Virus record (IMG/VR): IMGVR_UViG_3300018428_002563
Coordinates: 1-64,000 of that record
Source: a virus
Lineage: Duplodnaviria; Caudoviricetes
Strand: one strand, 5' to 3'
DNA: 64,000 nt
The notes under the pieces are model-generated. The model saw nothing but the letters and a program-made list of their open reading frames with translations, did not search any database and was not told the origin of the DNA. Positions 16,644 to 26,870 of the stretch are shown here, piece after piece. A program made the position numbers and the translations under genes. Position 1 is the stretch's first letter. Each line of letters starts with the position of its first letter.

Positions 16644-18799
16644 TGCATACAATTTACAACTACACAACTAAGAGCCAAAGCAAAAAGTCAATCGCAACTA
16701 TTGACGGTGAAGTCTTTAATGTACGTTTGAAAGTAGGCGAAACAATGCTTACCGCAGATGACCGTATCGAACAACAAGACGGCACATCTAATAGTGAACC
16801 TCTAAAAAAAGTTTTTGAACGTAAAGTTCCTGTGCATATTACTGACAAAGTATTGCACAAAGCTCTGCAACGTAAAGGTTACATAAAAAGTAGAGATGAC
16901 AAAAACCGTGAATGGTTTGATTTTCCAGAGTGTGAAACAGCAAACGAAGCATGTAATGTTGTTAAGTCTGTTTTAAACGAACTTATAAATGGTGTAGAAG
17001 CACTAGAAGATTGGGATAGTTTTCCTTATCAGCAAGACATAATTGATTGGGCTGTAGAACGTAGTAAAGTATCTGATGACATGCTTATTAACGCTATTAT
17101 GCGAGCAGGCAAATGCCGCATCAGTTACGAAATAGCACGAGAACAATCTGCAAAGAAGATCTTAGTAGTTACAGCAAAAGTAGGAGTAAACGATAGTTGG
17201 TCTGCTCTATTGCCAGGCGGCGAAGAAAACCACATTAACTATTCAGGTTGGAAATATCATAACTATAAAAAAATTAAAAAATTAGAATTTACTGGTACTG
17301 ATGTTGTTTTTGTAAGTTTGCAATTTATAAACAAACACTGGGATAATCCTAATCAGTTACTAAAGGACATACTAGCAACAGAATGGGATACAGTATTTTT
17401 TGATGAGCAGCATTATGCTACAACTACAGACAATACACAGCGTCTTTGGAAAAGTCTAAATTTTAAAAAGAAATACGAACTTAGTGGTACACCTTACAAG
17501 ACAATGCTAAGTGGTAGATATAGTGCTGAAGATGTTTACAACTTTGATTACATTGACGAACAAACAATACGTAAGCAACTACTTGACTTAAACAATGATG
17601 ACTTTTTAACAGACCAGTTCCGTAAACGTGCAGACATAAACTATGCTCTAGTTAATGTTCCAGACAAAGTGAAACAGTATCTAGGAGATGAAGGTTTTAC
17701 ATTTAGCAAATTGTTTGCTACAGAAGACGGCGCTTTTAAAAATGTAATGGGAGTAAACGAATTTATTAACTTCCTTGTACAAAACTTCAAGAAACCACCA
17801 AAGCGTTACAGTAAGGTAGCAGACAAACTTTGCCGTCATACTCTTTTTGTATTGCCCGATAATGTAGAAGCAATTGGTTTATTTGTTAAGGCATTACAAT
17901 CGCACCCGTTCTTTGGTAAACGTAAAATAATAAATGCAAGTGGTAAAGGTGTTAGAAACATACAGCAGGTTAAAGACTTGATTGCACGAAATGACCATGA
18001 CGGCGGCGCTGGCACAATTACTATTACATGTGGTAGATTTCTAGAAGGTACTACTGTACCTGAATGGTGGAGTGTACACCAAATTAATAATGATAAGAGT
18101 GCAGCAGATTACTTCCAAGGTAGTTTCCGTTGCAAATCACCTGCAGATGGCAAAGAAAGTGTTGTAGTATTTGACTATGCACCAGAGCGATTTGTAAGTG
18201 TAGTTTACAATTATTGTGAACGAGTTGCAGACTCAAGTGATACAACTACAGAAAGCGTAATTAGCGAATGGTTAGATGTTAGTGATGTATATGACTATGA
18301 TGGTAACACTTGGAATATGCTTACAGGCAAAGATGTTAGTAGTAAATTCCTTGCTGATATCGTTAATCATATCGATCGCATAGGTGCCTGTGTTAAGAAA
18401 GATATGATCAACGATGCGATATGTTTGTTGCTAGAGGGTAAACAAAAAGATTCTAATACTAACAAAGCAAGCACAGATATAAACAGTAATGACATTGAAG
18501 AAGGCACAAACAAAAAACGTAAATCAGGTACTAGCGAGAAGGGTGAACCTACAGAAAATGATCCAGTTAGTATTGCAATGTCACGTATTAGATACAGTTT
18601 GAAACAAATTTACAAGTTAGCAGATATTGCATGGGCAAACGATTTTGAGCTAGAAAAGATACAAGATATAGCAAAGTTTGATAGTGATATTGTTGAACAA
18701 GTAACTGGCTTGACTGTAGACGAATGGAATAGTATAATGCCTAGTATTAACACAATAGGCGTCAATCGAGCATTAGGGCAATACTATGATTATCAATAA
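16643..18799 (+). CDS. SF2 helicase-like restriction subunit with N-terminal GIY-YIG/T5orf172-like domain
   Basis: LKVGET..RIEQQ..NREWF N-domain; Q motif YQQ, MRAGKC, FDEQH, LSGTPY, YFQGSFR; start at ATG 16643 (TAATG coupling). Confidence 0.75.
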   Translation: MHTIYNYTTKSQSKKSIATIDGEVFNVRLKVGETMLTADDRIEQQDGTSNSEPLKKVFERKVPVHITDKVLHKALQRKGYIKSRDDKNREWFDFPECETANEACNVVKSVLNELINGVEALEDWDSFPYQQDIIDWAVERSKVSDDMLINAIMRAGKCRISYEIAREQSAKKILVVTAKVGVNDSWSALLPGGEENHINYSGWKYHNYKKIKKLEFTGTDVVFVSLQFINKHWDNPNQLLKDILATEWDTVFFDEQHYATTTDNTQRLWKSLNFKKKYELSGTPYKTMLSGRYSAEDVYNFDYIDEQTIRKQLLDLNNDDFLTDQFRKRADINYALVNVPDKVKQYLGDEGFTFSKLFATEDGAFKNVMGVNEFINFLVQNFKKPPKRYSKVADKLCRHTLFVLPDNVEAIGLFVKALQSHPFFGKRKIINASGKGVRNIQQVKDLIARNDHDGGAGTITITCGRFLEGTTVPEWWSVHQINNDKSAADYFQGSFRCKSPADGKESVVVFDYAPERFVSVVYNYCERVADSSDTTTESVISEWLDVSDVYDYDGNTWNMLTGKDVSSKFLADIVNHIDRIGACVKKDMINDAICLLLEGKQKDSNTNKASTDINSNDIEEGTNKKRKSGTSEKGEPTENDPVSIAMSRIRYSLKQIYKLADIAWANDFELEKIQDIAKFDSDIVEQVTGLTVDEWNSIMPSINTIGVNRALGQYYDYQ

Positions 18800-19958
18800 T
18801 ATAGACAAGCGACTAAAGCAAATTCAAGCATATGATAGTAGTAGCATACAGAGTATTGCTACAGAAAAAGATGCTAATCGAGCTTTGGATTTAATTGATA
18901 CTAGTATATTAGAAAATCCAGAAAGCACTTATCTTGATCCACAATGTGGTAGTGGAACACTCTTATTGTATCTTGTTAAACGATTAATGGATGCACTAGC
19001 CCCAAGTATTCCCAATGAAAAAGAACGTTTAAAGCACATTTTTACAAAACAAATATTTGCTAGTGACATTGATAGTTTGCAAGTATTAGTATGTAAAACT
19101 AATTTTAAAAAGGCACTTAACGATAAAACGTTTGAATTTAATATTACTCAAGCAGACTTTAAAGACGTAGAGACTACAGTTACTTGTGTAGTTAGCGGAG
19201 TGCAATTTAATACTACAAATGACTTTGTACATCATTTTAGAAGAATTGCTCCTAATACACTAATTATTACACGACCAAACAAGTGTAGATATGCTACAAC
19301 ACATATACACGAACTTACACGTTATCGGTTTTTAGGAGTATCTGATACTAGTGTACCTCTTTGTGCAATGTACTTTGCTCCTGAAGCAAGTAAGAAAGTT
19401 GAATTTGTAAGTGACGAACACTCAGTTATTGTAAATAATCCAATTTACTTGCCAGGTGTAAATTTAAAACAATATCAATATGCATCAGAAATTATTAACT
19501 TAGAACTAGATCCATTTGAAGCACAGTACGGCTCGTATTATGCCAACGCAAAAGAAGTTGTTAATAACCCCGGCGATGTAGAGCTGATTTATCAAGTAGG
19601 TTGGGCAGATGGACCATACAAAAAGACAATAGGTGTAGATAAAAGTATTATTACACCTAGAGAAGGTGTAGGTAAACACAAAGTAGTAATTAGTAAGAAC
19701 GGTAATAGAGGCAAAAAAAGTGTTCTAAAGTATGCAAGTCCAAAATATGGCACAGGACATAATGCTATTTGGATTGGTGTAAAAGACAAAACAGAAGCAG
19801 ACAAAGTTATAGAATATTACAATAGTGAGTATATAACAGAATTAGTTTTAGCATTAAATGCAACTAGTCCTGCTAACGGCACAACATTTTGGCAACGTAT
19901 ACCTCATTATAAAAATGAAAAAACTGTAAAAAAGATATATGACAAATACTATAATTGA
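18786..19958 (+). CDS. Eco57I-like DNA methyltransferase, catalytic motif apparently degenerate
   Basis: SAM motif LDPQCGSGTL; expected NPPY position reads SGVQF; C-terminal HKVVISK TRD-like region. Confidence 0.65.
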   Translation: MIINNIDKRLKQIQAYDSSSIQSIATEKDANRALDLIDTSILENPESTYLDPQCGSGTLLLYLVKRLMDALAPSIPNEKERLKHIFTKQIFASDIDSLQVLVCKTNFKKALNDKTFEFNITQADFKDVETTVTCVVSGVQFNTTNDFVHHFRRIAPNTLIITRPNKCRYATTHIHELTRYRFLGVSDTSVPLCAMYFAPEASKKVEFVSDEHSVIVNNPIYLPGVNLKQYQYASEIINLELDPFEAQYGSYYANAKEVVNNPGDVELIYQVGWADGPYKKTIGVDKSIITPREGVGKHKVVISKNGNRGKKSVLKYASPKYGTGHNAIWIGVKDKTEADKVIEYYNSEYITELVLALNATSPANGTTFWQRIPHYKNEKTVKKIYDKYYN

Positions 19959-21090
19959 ATACTATAATCATATCTGTAATGAATGGGGAGTAACACCTAC
20001 AGACTTAATATATACAGGATATGAACAGGTATACGATCAACTAAAGTCCTACAGTAAAGAACGTTGGCTATTAGAAAGTGAAGAAGGCCGACAGAAGATA
20101 GAAGATGAAGTGTTCGAACTGTACCGTTCTATTAATATTATTCCAATTACATATTTTAATCTTGAAGGGTGCAAAACAGCATTATTAGAAATTGGTAAAA
20201 AGTCGCATAACGTAGCAGATGGTAAGATAGGAGTAGGGCAAACTGAAGGACAACACTTCAGTAGGTTTTGGTTTCCTAATATGCAAGAAGCATATAGTAA
20301 AAACGACAAGATGGTTAGTATGCGATCCCGGTTTTATGACGACAAAAGGCTAAAAAGAGCAATTAGTTTTTGCTATAAGTATAGAGATGAAGGTGAACGT
20401 AGTGTGCTACCTGCGAACATACGCCGTGCATTAGATCTTGTGAGTGGTGGCACTATTGCAAACTTCAAACCGCTTAATGCAAAAGCCGTATATGAATATA
20501 TCTGTCCTGTGTTTATGGGTAATGTGTTGGACTTTAGTTCAGGCTACGGAGGACGCATGCTAGGCGCCCTTACAAGCAATCTAAGATACCATTACACGGG
20601 TATTGATCCTAATACGAAAACATATAATGGACTTGTTGCACTAGGTGAGCTAATGACTGAATTAGGACTAGGAAGCGGATATGAAATGCACCATGTACCT
20701 AGTGAACAGTTTAAGCCAAAAGAAGGACATTATGATGCGGCTTTTAGTAGTCCTCCTTATTTTAATCTAGAAACTTATACCGACGAACCTACACAGTGTA
20801 TGAACAGTTGTACTAGTTTAGACGAATGGTTTGATAACTATGTATCACCTACTGTTGAAATGCTATACACAGCTCTTGCAAAAGACGGGTACTATGCTGT
20901 TAATATTGCTGACTACAAAATTCCACCGAACGAATACAAGATTGTAGACAGATGGAAACAGATTAGTGAAAGTATAGGATTTAAGTATTTAGAGAAAATA
21001 GATATGATTCTTAACGTAAGACCAGGTGTAGGAAATGACAAACTAAACAATGCATACAAGTCTGAGGGTATATATTTGTTTAAAAAATAG
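19939..21090 (+). CDS. Amino-DNA methyltransferase (m4C/m6A)
   Basis: LDFSSGYGGR, GIDPN, FSSPPYFNLETY motifs. Confidence 0.85.
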   Translation: MTNTIIEYYNHICNEWGVTPTDLIYTGYEQVYDQLKSYSKERWLLESEEGRQKIEDEVFELYRSINIIPITYFNLEGCKTALLEIGKKSHNVADGKIGVGQTEGQHFSRFWFPNMQEAYSKNDKMVSMRSRFYDDKRLKRAISFCYKYRDEGERSVLPANIRRALDLVSGGTIANFKPLNAKAVYEYICPVFMGNVLDFSSGYGGRMLGALTSNLRYHYTGIDPNTKTYNGLVALGELMTELGLGSGYEMHHVPSEQFKPKEGHYDAAFSSPPYFNLETYTDEPTQCMNSCTSLDEWFDNYVSPTVEMLYTALAKDGYYAVNIADYKIPPNEYKIVDRWKQISESIGFKYLEKIDMILNVRPGVGNDKLNNAYKSEGIYLFKK

Positions 21091-21091
21091 G

Positions 21092-21140
21092 TTGACAACC
21101 TTAGCACTATTTGCTATAATATATACATAAATTAGGCAAA
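21092..21140 (+). promoter_or_regulatory. Sigma70-like early promoter with repeated 31-nt element (copy 1)
   Basis: TTGACA-17-TATAAT; 21110-21140 identical to 28951-28981. Confidence 0.8.
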
Positions 21141-21154
21141 TGAGAGGCACAAAA

Positions 21155-21961
21155 ATGTCATTACCAGATCCAAACACTCTTGATTGGGGTGCAATGAGCA
21201 AAGCTGAATTTAAGCGTATGGAACTAGCGTATGAATTGCAAGACGAAGACGATCGTCCTATTAGTCGTAAACCGCTTCCGCTTAAAACTGTAAAACTTAC
21301 AGATGCACTTGCTGTTGCATATGCGGCTTATCGTATTAACAAGGAAACTTACATCAAAGATATTCGTCGGTTTGATGAAGCGCCAACACAATTTCCTAAC
21401 AAAGATCTTGTGCGTTATTACTATGATAAAAAGAACGGTGTTGACTGGGTTCCAACTGACTTCCCTACATTTGAGCCTACTGAAGAAGACTATGTCAAGG
21501 TAGAAGAAGCACGTAAGTGGATGAAACGATATGTAATGCTTGGTTTAGCTGACCTTGATGATTTTAAACGTGACATGATTGAGGAACTTAGCAAAGAAGA
21601 AGTACCTCTTAAAGGTATGGGTCGAATTGCATTTGCTCCAGAATTTATCAAACGTGATCAACACGAAAGTGGACTAAAGAAAGAGATTCGTATAGAGTAC
21701 CGTGATAGCAAACACATTTCTCCTATAGGTGCTGCTGTTGAAGGCGTTATAAAGTTTTTAGATAAACGCTACAGTGCAAGGTGGGAAAGTTTTAACTATA
21801 CTGGTGTAATTGACGGTAACCTAGTTTCGTTTATGAACAAGTTTGATCACGAAGTTGGGTCCATGAAAAGGATTAAAGCAAAAGTAAAAGATCATACAAA
21901 AAACCGTTTGTTTAGTGCCGATGAGACTAGACTTAATTATGTAAAACTTTATAAGGTATAA
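21155..21961 (+). CDS. Hypothetical protein, possible C-terminal OB fold
   Basis: GAGG RBS; C-terminal beta-rich ...IKAKVKDH...TRLNYVK. Confidence 0.65.
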   Translation: MSLPDPNTLDWGAMSKAEFKRMELAYELQDEDDRPISRKPLPLKTVKLTDALAVAYAAYRINKETYIKDIRRFDEAPTQFPNKDLVRYYYDKKNGVDWVPTDFPTFEPTEEDYVKVEEARKWMKRYVMLGLADLDDFKRDMIEELSKEEVPLKGMGRIAFAPEFIKRDQHESGLKKEIRIEYRDSKHISPIGAAVEGVIKFLDKRYSARWESFNYTGVIDGNLVSFMNKFDHEVGSMKRIKAKVKDHTKNRLFSADETRLNYVKLYKV

Positions 21962-21963
21962 CT

Positions 21964-22110
21964 ATGGAAACTTTATTTGGAATTATATTATGCATTGTTG
22001 GTGGATGGATATGTTGGGTATCGTCTCAAATCCTTGATGAAAGGAAGCAGGCGTATAGAGCTGGTACACACGATTATTATGGTAACCCTATTGACAAGGA
22101 AAATGTATAA
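21964..22110 (+). CDS. Small TM protein (48 aa, not in ORF track)
   Basis: METLFGIILCIVGGWICWV...THDYYGNPIDKENV; TAATG coupling to the next gene. Confidence 0.55.
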   Translation: METLFGIILCIVGGWICWVSSQILDERKQAYRAGTHDYYGNPIDKENV

Positions 22111-22328
22111 TGGAGTTTTTTAGTGAAAGCACTAGTTGGTTATTACTTGCATATATTGTAGGCACTCTGCTTGGGTTTTATTTTGGATATAAACATGCGG
22201 TTTATAATGTAACTGACAAGATCATCGACAGTTTGATCGAGCAAAAAATGCTGAAGACTGAAGGCCACGGCGATAACATGGAGATTATTCCTTGGACAGA
22301 GTGGTGCGATGATCAAACTTCAAAATAA
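22110..22328 (+). CDS. Small TM protein
   Basis: N-terminal hydrophobic helix; operon packing. Confidence 0.55.
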   Translation: MEFFSESTSWLLLAYIVGTLLGFYFGYKHAVYNVTDKIIDSLIEQKMLKTEGHGDNMEIIPWTEWCDDQTSK

Positions 22329-22911
22329 ACTACCTAGAGATATTTTTGTTGCCTGCTCTGGCGGTGTAGACAGTATGGCGGTATTTGATTTCTTGCATAG
22401 AAATCATAATCTAACACTTTGTTTTTTTGATCACGGAACTGAAACAAGCAAAGAAGCATTAGAATTTGTATCAGAACAGGCCGTAGCATACGATGTTGGG
22501 TTCGTGTATGGTAGTATCCCTAAACAGTACAATAAAGCGTCTGGAGAAAGTTGGGAAGAGTATTGGAGAATTAAACGGTATGAATATTTTCATAGTTTTA
22601 ATTCTCCAATTGTGACAGCACATCACTTAGATGATTGTGTAGAAACTTGGGTATGGAGTAGCATGCATGGACAAGGTAAAATTATTCCGTATAACAATCG
22701 TAATGTTATTCGTCCTTTTCGCCTTACCCGCAAACGTGACTTAGAACTTTGGGCAGATTTAAAATCAGTGCCTTATATCGAAGACAAGTCGAATAAAGAT
22801 ACGAAATTCACACGTAACTATATTAGACATGAAATGATGCCTAATATTTTACGAGTAAATCCCGGTATTCATAAAGTTATTGCTAAGAAGGTAAAAGCAG
22901 ATGAACATTGA
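22309..22911 (+). CDS. tilS: tRNA(Ile)-lysidine synthetase-like PP-loop ATPase (N-domain only)
   Basis: SGGVDS, TAHHLDDCVET, IRPF, EDKSN..RNYIRH; only 200 aa. Confidence 0.85.
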   Translation: MIKLQNKLPRDIFVACSGGVDSMAVFDFLHRNHNLTLCFFDHGTETSKEALEFVSEQAVAYDVGFVYGSIPKQYNKASGESWEEYWRIKRYEYFHSFNSPIVTAHHLDDCVETWVWSSMHGQGKIIPYNNRNVIRPFRLTRKRDLELWADLKSVPYIEDKSNKDTKFTRNYIRHEMMPNILRVNPGIHKVIAKKVKADEH

Positions 22912-23347
22912 ACATAATCCTAATTTTGATGTAGCACTTGTTACAGAACATTATAGTAAAAAAGACGGAGTACCTGTGACATATGTTTGCACTACAGATC
23001 TTAATGCTAGTGATGTGCCTGTTGATGTGTACTATAGAGCAACGCCACACCCTGAGTTTGGTAACCGTTATTTTGGCTTGTATCACGACCACGTTAGAGG
23101 TCATCTTATGATTACCGATGCAGACATTGTAGAATCACTTGAGTTCGGCATGATCGAAGTAGACGGTAAGTACTATTACAGTCAATCACATCACGATTAT
23201 AAAGTAGTAGAAGGCAAGATGATTGACGGCGGACGACAATATATTAGAAGTAATGGTGGCACTACTACTATGCAAATTAAGAACGGAAAGTTCTATATTA
23301 AAACATTGGAAGATTTAATAGATTACAAGGACCATCAATATGAGTGA
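22901..23347 (+). CDS. Hypothetical protein
   Basis: Coupled ORF; YSQSHHDY, MIDGGR. Confidence 0.65.
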   Translation: MNIEHNPNFDVALVTEHYSKKDGVPVTYVCTTDLNASDVPVDVYYRATPHPEFGNRYFGLYHDHVRGHLMITDADIVESLEFGMIEVDGKYYYSQSHHDYKVVEGKMIDGGRQYIRSNGGTTTMQIKNGKFYIKTLEDLIDYKDHQYE

Positions 23348-23546
23348 CGACTACGTAAAATTTGAAGATTCACTAACCGAAGATGACTATGGTCTTATTA
23401 TTGATGGCCAATCAGGTGAGTTAAAAGGATTGTGGATGCCTAAAGGTAAAGAGGACGAACCTATTCCAGACACTATTGTAGATTTGTGTATACATGTATT
23501 TGGTATAGACCCTAATGATGAAGAAGATGAGGTAACTATACATTGA
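23340..23546 (+). CDS. Hypothetical acidic protein
   Basis: Overlapping operon packing. Confidence 0.55.
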   Translation: MSDDYVKFEDSLTEDDYGLIIDGQSGELKGLWMPKGKEDEPIPDTIVDLCIHVFGIDPNDEEDEVTIH

Positions 23547-23749
23547 GCAAACTACGTATTAAAATAGATCAGAGAATGGACGAGTTGCAAGCCATGATGG
23601 AGAGCAATATGCATCTAGAAAAACCAATATTAGTTGCTATGCAAATTGAAAGCGTAAGTAAGTTTTGGTCTGTTCTATCAGAAGAAGATAGAGATTATAT
23701 TCACGGTTGTCAATTTGCTTTAGAAGAAAAAGAGGAGTGGAATGTATGA
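23543..23749 (+). CDS. Hypothetical protein
   Basis: TTG start after GAGG; coupled. Confidence 0.55.
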   Translation: MSKLRIKIDQRMDELQAMMESNMHLEKPILVAMQIESVSKFWSVLSEEDRDYIHGCQFALEEKEEWNV

Positions 23750-24126
23750 AAATTGGATTGAGTTTGTCACGCTGTGTGCGTGATATTCTAGAAGAACGTG
23801 TTGACTTCCACGATGTGCTAGTAATTGTATCACGAACAGATATAGACCCACGTAATGATAATCACTGGAAAGCAATCTGGGAAGGTTACTTGTATGGCGG
23901 CCTAAGTCATCCTGAATGGGCAGGATTAGAAGACAGACAAAAGGCTATGCATGACTTGCTAATAAGTTTATATGATGCAGGCAAGTTACATCAACCTCGT
24001 CAGTTTGGAGCTCATCCACGTAGACTGCCTTACCACTGGTTAGAGTGTTTTGTACCGCCAGAAGAAATGAATCCTGCACAGCAAAAAGTGTGGGATAACT
24101 ATAAACTGATAACGGACTTAGCATGA
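23746..24126 (+). CDS. Hypothetical protein
   Basis: MKIGLSLSRCVRDI..GKLHQPRQFG; ATGA coupling. Confidence 0.65.
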   Translation: MKIGLSLSRCVRDILEERVDFHDVLVIVSRTDIDPRNDNHWKAIWEGYLYGGLSHPEWAGLEDRQKAMHDLLISLYDAGKLHQPRQFGAHPRRLPYHWLECFVPPEEMNPAQQKVWDNYKLITDLA

Positions 24127-24329
24127 CATTACCAATTGAAAGAACAAATGCGGTATTAAATGTAGAACGATTCTTAATGGACTTGAGAGATCCTAAGAAG
24201 TATCCGCGAGTACCAAGTGAAGTTCGTAAACAGGCAAGTAGCCTGTTGAAGCACTATCCCCGCAAGTTTGACATGATGGATCCTGCGGAGAGTTTTGAAG
24301 CCATTAAGGAATGGAGTTATGAAAATTAA
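24123..24329 (+). CDS. Hypothetical protein
   Basis: PRVP..VR..A..LLKHYP; ATGA coupling. Confidence 0.6.
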   Translation: MTLPIERTNAVLNVERFLMDLRDPKKYPRVPSEVRKQASSLLKHYPRKFDMMDPAESFEAIKEWSYEN

Positions 24330-25035
24330 GATTGGACCTTATGAATCTTGGTACGGACCATATCAGCTCGCTCAAACGCTAATGTTTTGGGTACCAAAAG
24401 AAAAAGACGAATACGGCTTTCCGCATACAGCAGATCGTGTACACAAGTTTGGCGAATGGCTTGCTCACGGTAAAGTGCTGCCTGAACCTGAAGTAGGCGA
24501 AGTTTACGACATGTGGGAAGACCGTCCTAAGACGTGGCTCTATAAGTTCCTATCGTGGATCCACAGTAAGCAGAAGCGTACTGTTAAAGTACACATTGAT
24601 CGCTGGGATACTTGGAGCATGGATCATACTCTTGCTCTTATCGTACTTCCTATGCTCAAGCAACTAAAAGAAACCAAGCACGGTGCTCCTTTAGTTGATC
24701 CTAAGGATTGTCCACCAGAACTAAAACCTAAGAAACTGACTAAGAAAGAACGTGACAACGGTACTACTGACAGCACACACTTTGAACGTTGGGACTGGGT
24801 GCTAGACGAAATGATCTTTGCGTTTGACAGCAAGGTCAATGACGACTGGGAAGATCAGTTTGAAACTGGTGAAAGCGACCTACAGTGGAAGAAGCTGGAA
24901 GATGGCAACAGCCAAATGGTAGAAGGACCTAATCACACCAAGGTGTATAATTGGGAAGGTAGAAAGAAATATCAAGAAAGAATAAGTAATGGATTCCGAC
25001 TATTTGGAAAATATTATGAAAACCTCTGGGATTGA
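24319..25035 (+). CDS. Conserved phage-type hypothetical protein
   Basis: DTWSMDHTLA, WDWVLDEMIFAF, GFRLFGKYYENLWD. Confidence 0.7.
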   Translation: MKIKIGPYESWYGPYQLAQTLMFWVPKEKDEYGFPHTADRVHKFGEWLAHGKVLPEPEVGEVYDMWEDRPKTWLYKFLSWIHSKQKRTVKVHIDRWDTWSMDHTLALIVLPMLKQLKETKHGAPLVDPKDCPPELKPKKLTKKERDNGTTDSTHFERWDWVLDEMIFAFDSKVNDDWEDQFETGESDLQWKKLEDGNSQMVEGPNHTKVYNWEGRKKYQERISNGFRLFGKYYENLWD

Positions 25036-25036
25036 A

Positions 25037-25426
25037 ATGGAATTAAAAGACACAACAACGCAAGAAGAATACAAAGAGATGTCCTCTCAGACAAGAGCTC
25101 GTAATCTTGCGATGGAACTGTCTAAAGAACGCAAACGTCTAAAAGCAGAACTTGCAGAGCTTCAAACAGAAGTAGAAGATCTTACACCTACTACGCCAAC
25201 AGGAACTATAGACTGGTATGTAAAGTGGTGTGCGATGGTATTAGCGGTATTTGGAGTGTTTAGTATCAGTGCAGGATTCACACAAATTGGACAAGTGTCT
25301 TATATCCTTAGTTCAATGGGATGGGTGTTTGTTGGCATGGCTTGGGGAGATAGGGCAATTATGATCGGATCAAGTATAAGTGGCACAGCGGTTGCAATGA
25401 ATTTAGTAGCGAGTTTAACAGTATGA
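25037..25426 (+). CDS. Coiled-coil + 3-TM membrane protein
   Basis: Heptad region then DWYVKW and hydrophobic helices. Confidence 0.6.
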   Translation: MELKDTTTQEEYKEMSSQTRARNLAMELSKERKRLKAELAELQTEVEDLTPTTPTGTIDWYVKWCAMVLAVFGVFSISAGFTQIGQVSYILSSMGWVFVGMAWGDRAIMIGSSISGTAVAMNLVASLTV

Positions 25427-25665
25427 CAGATATGTTTGAAGTAGACGATGAAGCGGTTCGTAATCTAGTAATCCTTGCTAAGGAGTGTGAAACTGTAGAT
25501 CCAATTGATTGGGGCGAACTTGCGATTACAGAAGAACAGGCCTACATTATGATGGCAACTCATGTGCTAGAAATGGAAAGAAATCACTTGACAGATGGCG
25601 CAATTATTGTTAAACTACTAGTAGAAAACTTTGTATTAAATCTTAAATTATTAGGAAAGACATGA
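25423..25665 (+). CDS. Hypothetical protein
   Basis: ATGA coupling. Confidence 0.6.
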   Translation: MTDMFEVDDEAVRNLVILAKECETVDPIDWGELAITEEQAYIMMATHVLEMERNHLTDGAIIVKLLVENFVLNLKLLGKT

Positions 25666-25886
25666 AAACAATATATGACAATAAGGCAATTTTAACTAAT
25701 ACTCGCAACGAGCAATCAGTTGAAGTAGAAGTTGACAACGTTAGAGCAAATGAATCTTTTGATGCATTCATTGCAACTAACAAAATTCACATGCGCTGGA
25801 ATGGTAAAATTTATATAGGTAATGCTCACGGCATGGAGTTTACTTCTAAAGGACCAAACGAGCGTGTAATTAAAGGGAGATTTTAA
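25662..25886 (+). CDS. Hypothetical protein
   Basis: ATGA coupling. Confidence 0.6.
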   Translation: MKTIYDNKAILTNTRNEQSVEVEVDNVRANESFDAFIATNKIHMRWNGKIYIGNAHGMEFTSKGPNERVIKGRF

Positions 25887-26095
25887 TGAAACAGAAAGTA
25901 GAGATCATGGAAGGACCATTTAGTGCGGCACTTGTAGAAGATACAGAAGGTGTTCTGTATAGAGAAATTAAAACTGTTCGTGTTAAGCCAGATGGAATGC
26001 TTACGGAATATGTTACAAGACGCGAGTATAATCCTAGTGGCGACTATAATGATACTTCTAGTGTCCGTCCGTTAACTAAAGTGGAGGTAAAATAA
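25886..26095 (+). CDS. Hypothetical protein
   Basis: TAATG coupling; GGGAG RBS. Confidence 0.55.
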   Translation: MKQKVEIMEGPFSAALVEDTEGVLYREIKTVRVKPDGMLTEYVTRREYNPSGDYNDTSSVRPLTKVEVK

Positions 26096-26682
26096 TGCCG
26101 CTAATTCCTATGGTTGTTGAGCAAGAGTCAAGAGGCGAACGTTCATACGATATTTACAGTAGACTTCTTAAAGACCGCATAGTTATGCTGAATGGTCCTG
26201 TTGAAGATAATAGTGCTAATCTAATTGTAGCACAAATGTTGTTCTTGGAAAGTGAAAATCCAGACAAGCCTATTAACTTTTACATTAATAGCCCAGGAGG
26301 CGTTATTACTAGTGGCATGAGCATTTATGACACTATGCAATTTATTAAATCGCCTGTACATACTATTGTGTTAGGACAAGCATGTAGTATGGGTAGTTTC
26401 CTTGCACAGGCAGGTGAACCAGGCAAACGTAAAATGTTACCTTATGCACGACACATGATCCATCAACCTAGTGGCGGAACACAAGGCATGGCAAGTGACA
26501 TTGAAATTCAGTATAAGGAAATCACAAAGATGAAAGAAACCTTAACTGAATTATATGTAAAGCATAATTCAAAAGGTAAGACCTACGAAGAATTTGAAAG
26601 AGACATGGACAGAGATACATTTATGTCTGCCCAAGAAGCTCTTGATTATGGCTTAGTAGATCAAATTGTAGAGAAACGCTAA
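26095..26682 (+). CDS. clpP: ATP-dependent Clp protease proteolytic subunit
   Basis: [24 protein letters not shown] (Ser), MIHQP (His), DRD (Asp). Confidence 0.97.
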   Translation: MPLIPMVVEQESRGERSYDIYSRLLKDRIVMLNGPVEDNSANLIVAQMLFLESENPDKPINFYINSPGGVITSGMSIYDTMQFIKSPVHTIVLGQACSMGSFLAQAGEPGKRKMLPYARHMIHQPSGGTQGMASDIEIQYKEITKMKETLTELYVKHNSKGKTYEEFERDMDRDTFMSAQEALDYGLVDQIVEKR

Positions 26683-26870
26683 TGCCTATTCCTGAAAAAG
26701 TCATTATTCCAGCGTCTAAAGATCCTGGCCTTAAGCATTTTTATATTAGTTTAGTAAAAAGTGGCTTAAGAATTGCAGGGTGTGTGGCTGTATTGCTTGG
26801 CGCAAATATTATGTGGTTGCCAGGATTGTTTTTAGTTGCAGAACTTCTAGGAATAGTAGAAGAACTATGA
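26682..26870 (+). CDS. Small membrane protein
   Basis: HFYISLVKSGLRI..AELLGIVEEL, two hydrophobic segments. Confidence 0.6.
   Translation: MPIPEKVIIPASKDPGLKHFYISLVKSGLRIAGCVAVLLGANIMWLPGLFLVAELLGIVEEL

Noticed and set aside
22091-22111. TTGACA...TATAAT promoter
   Set aside because: Spacer is only 9 nt.
23746-23800. CVRD motif in a small hypothetical protein
   Set aside because: Single short match without the surrounding helical repeat pattern; likely chance.
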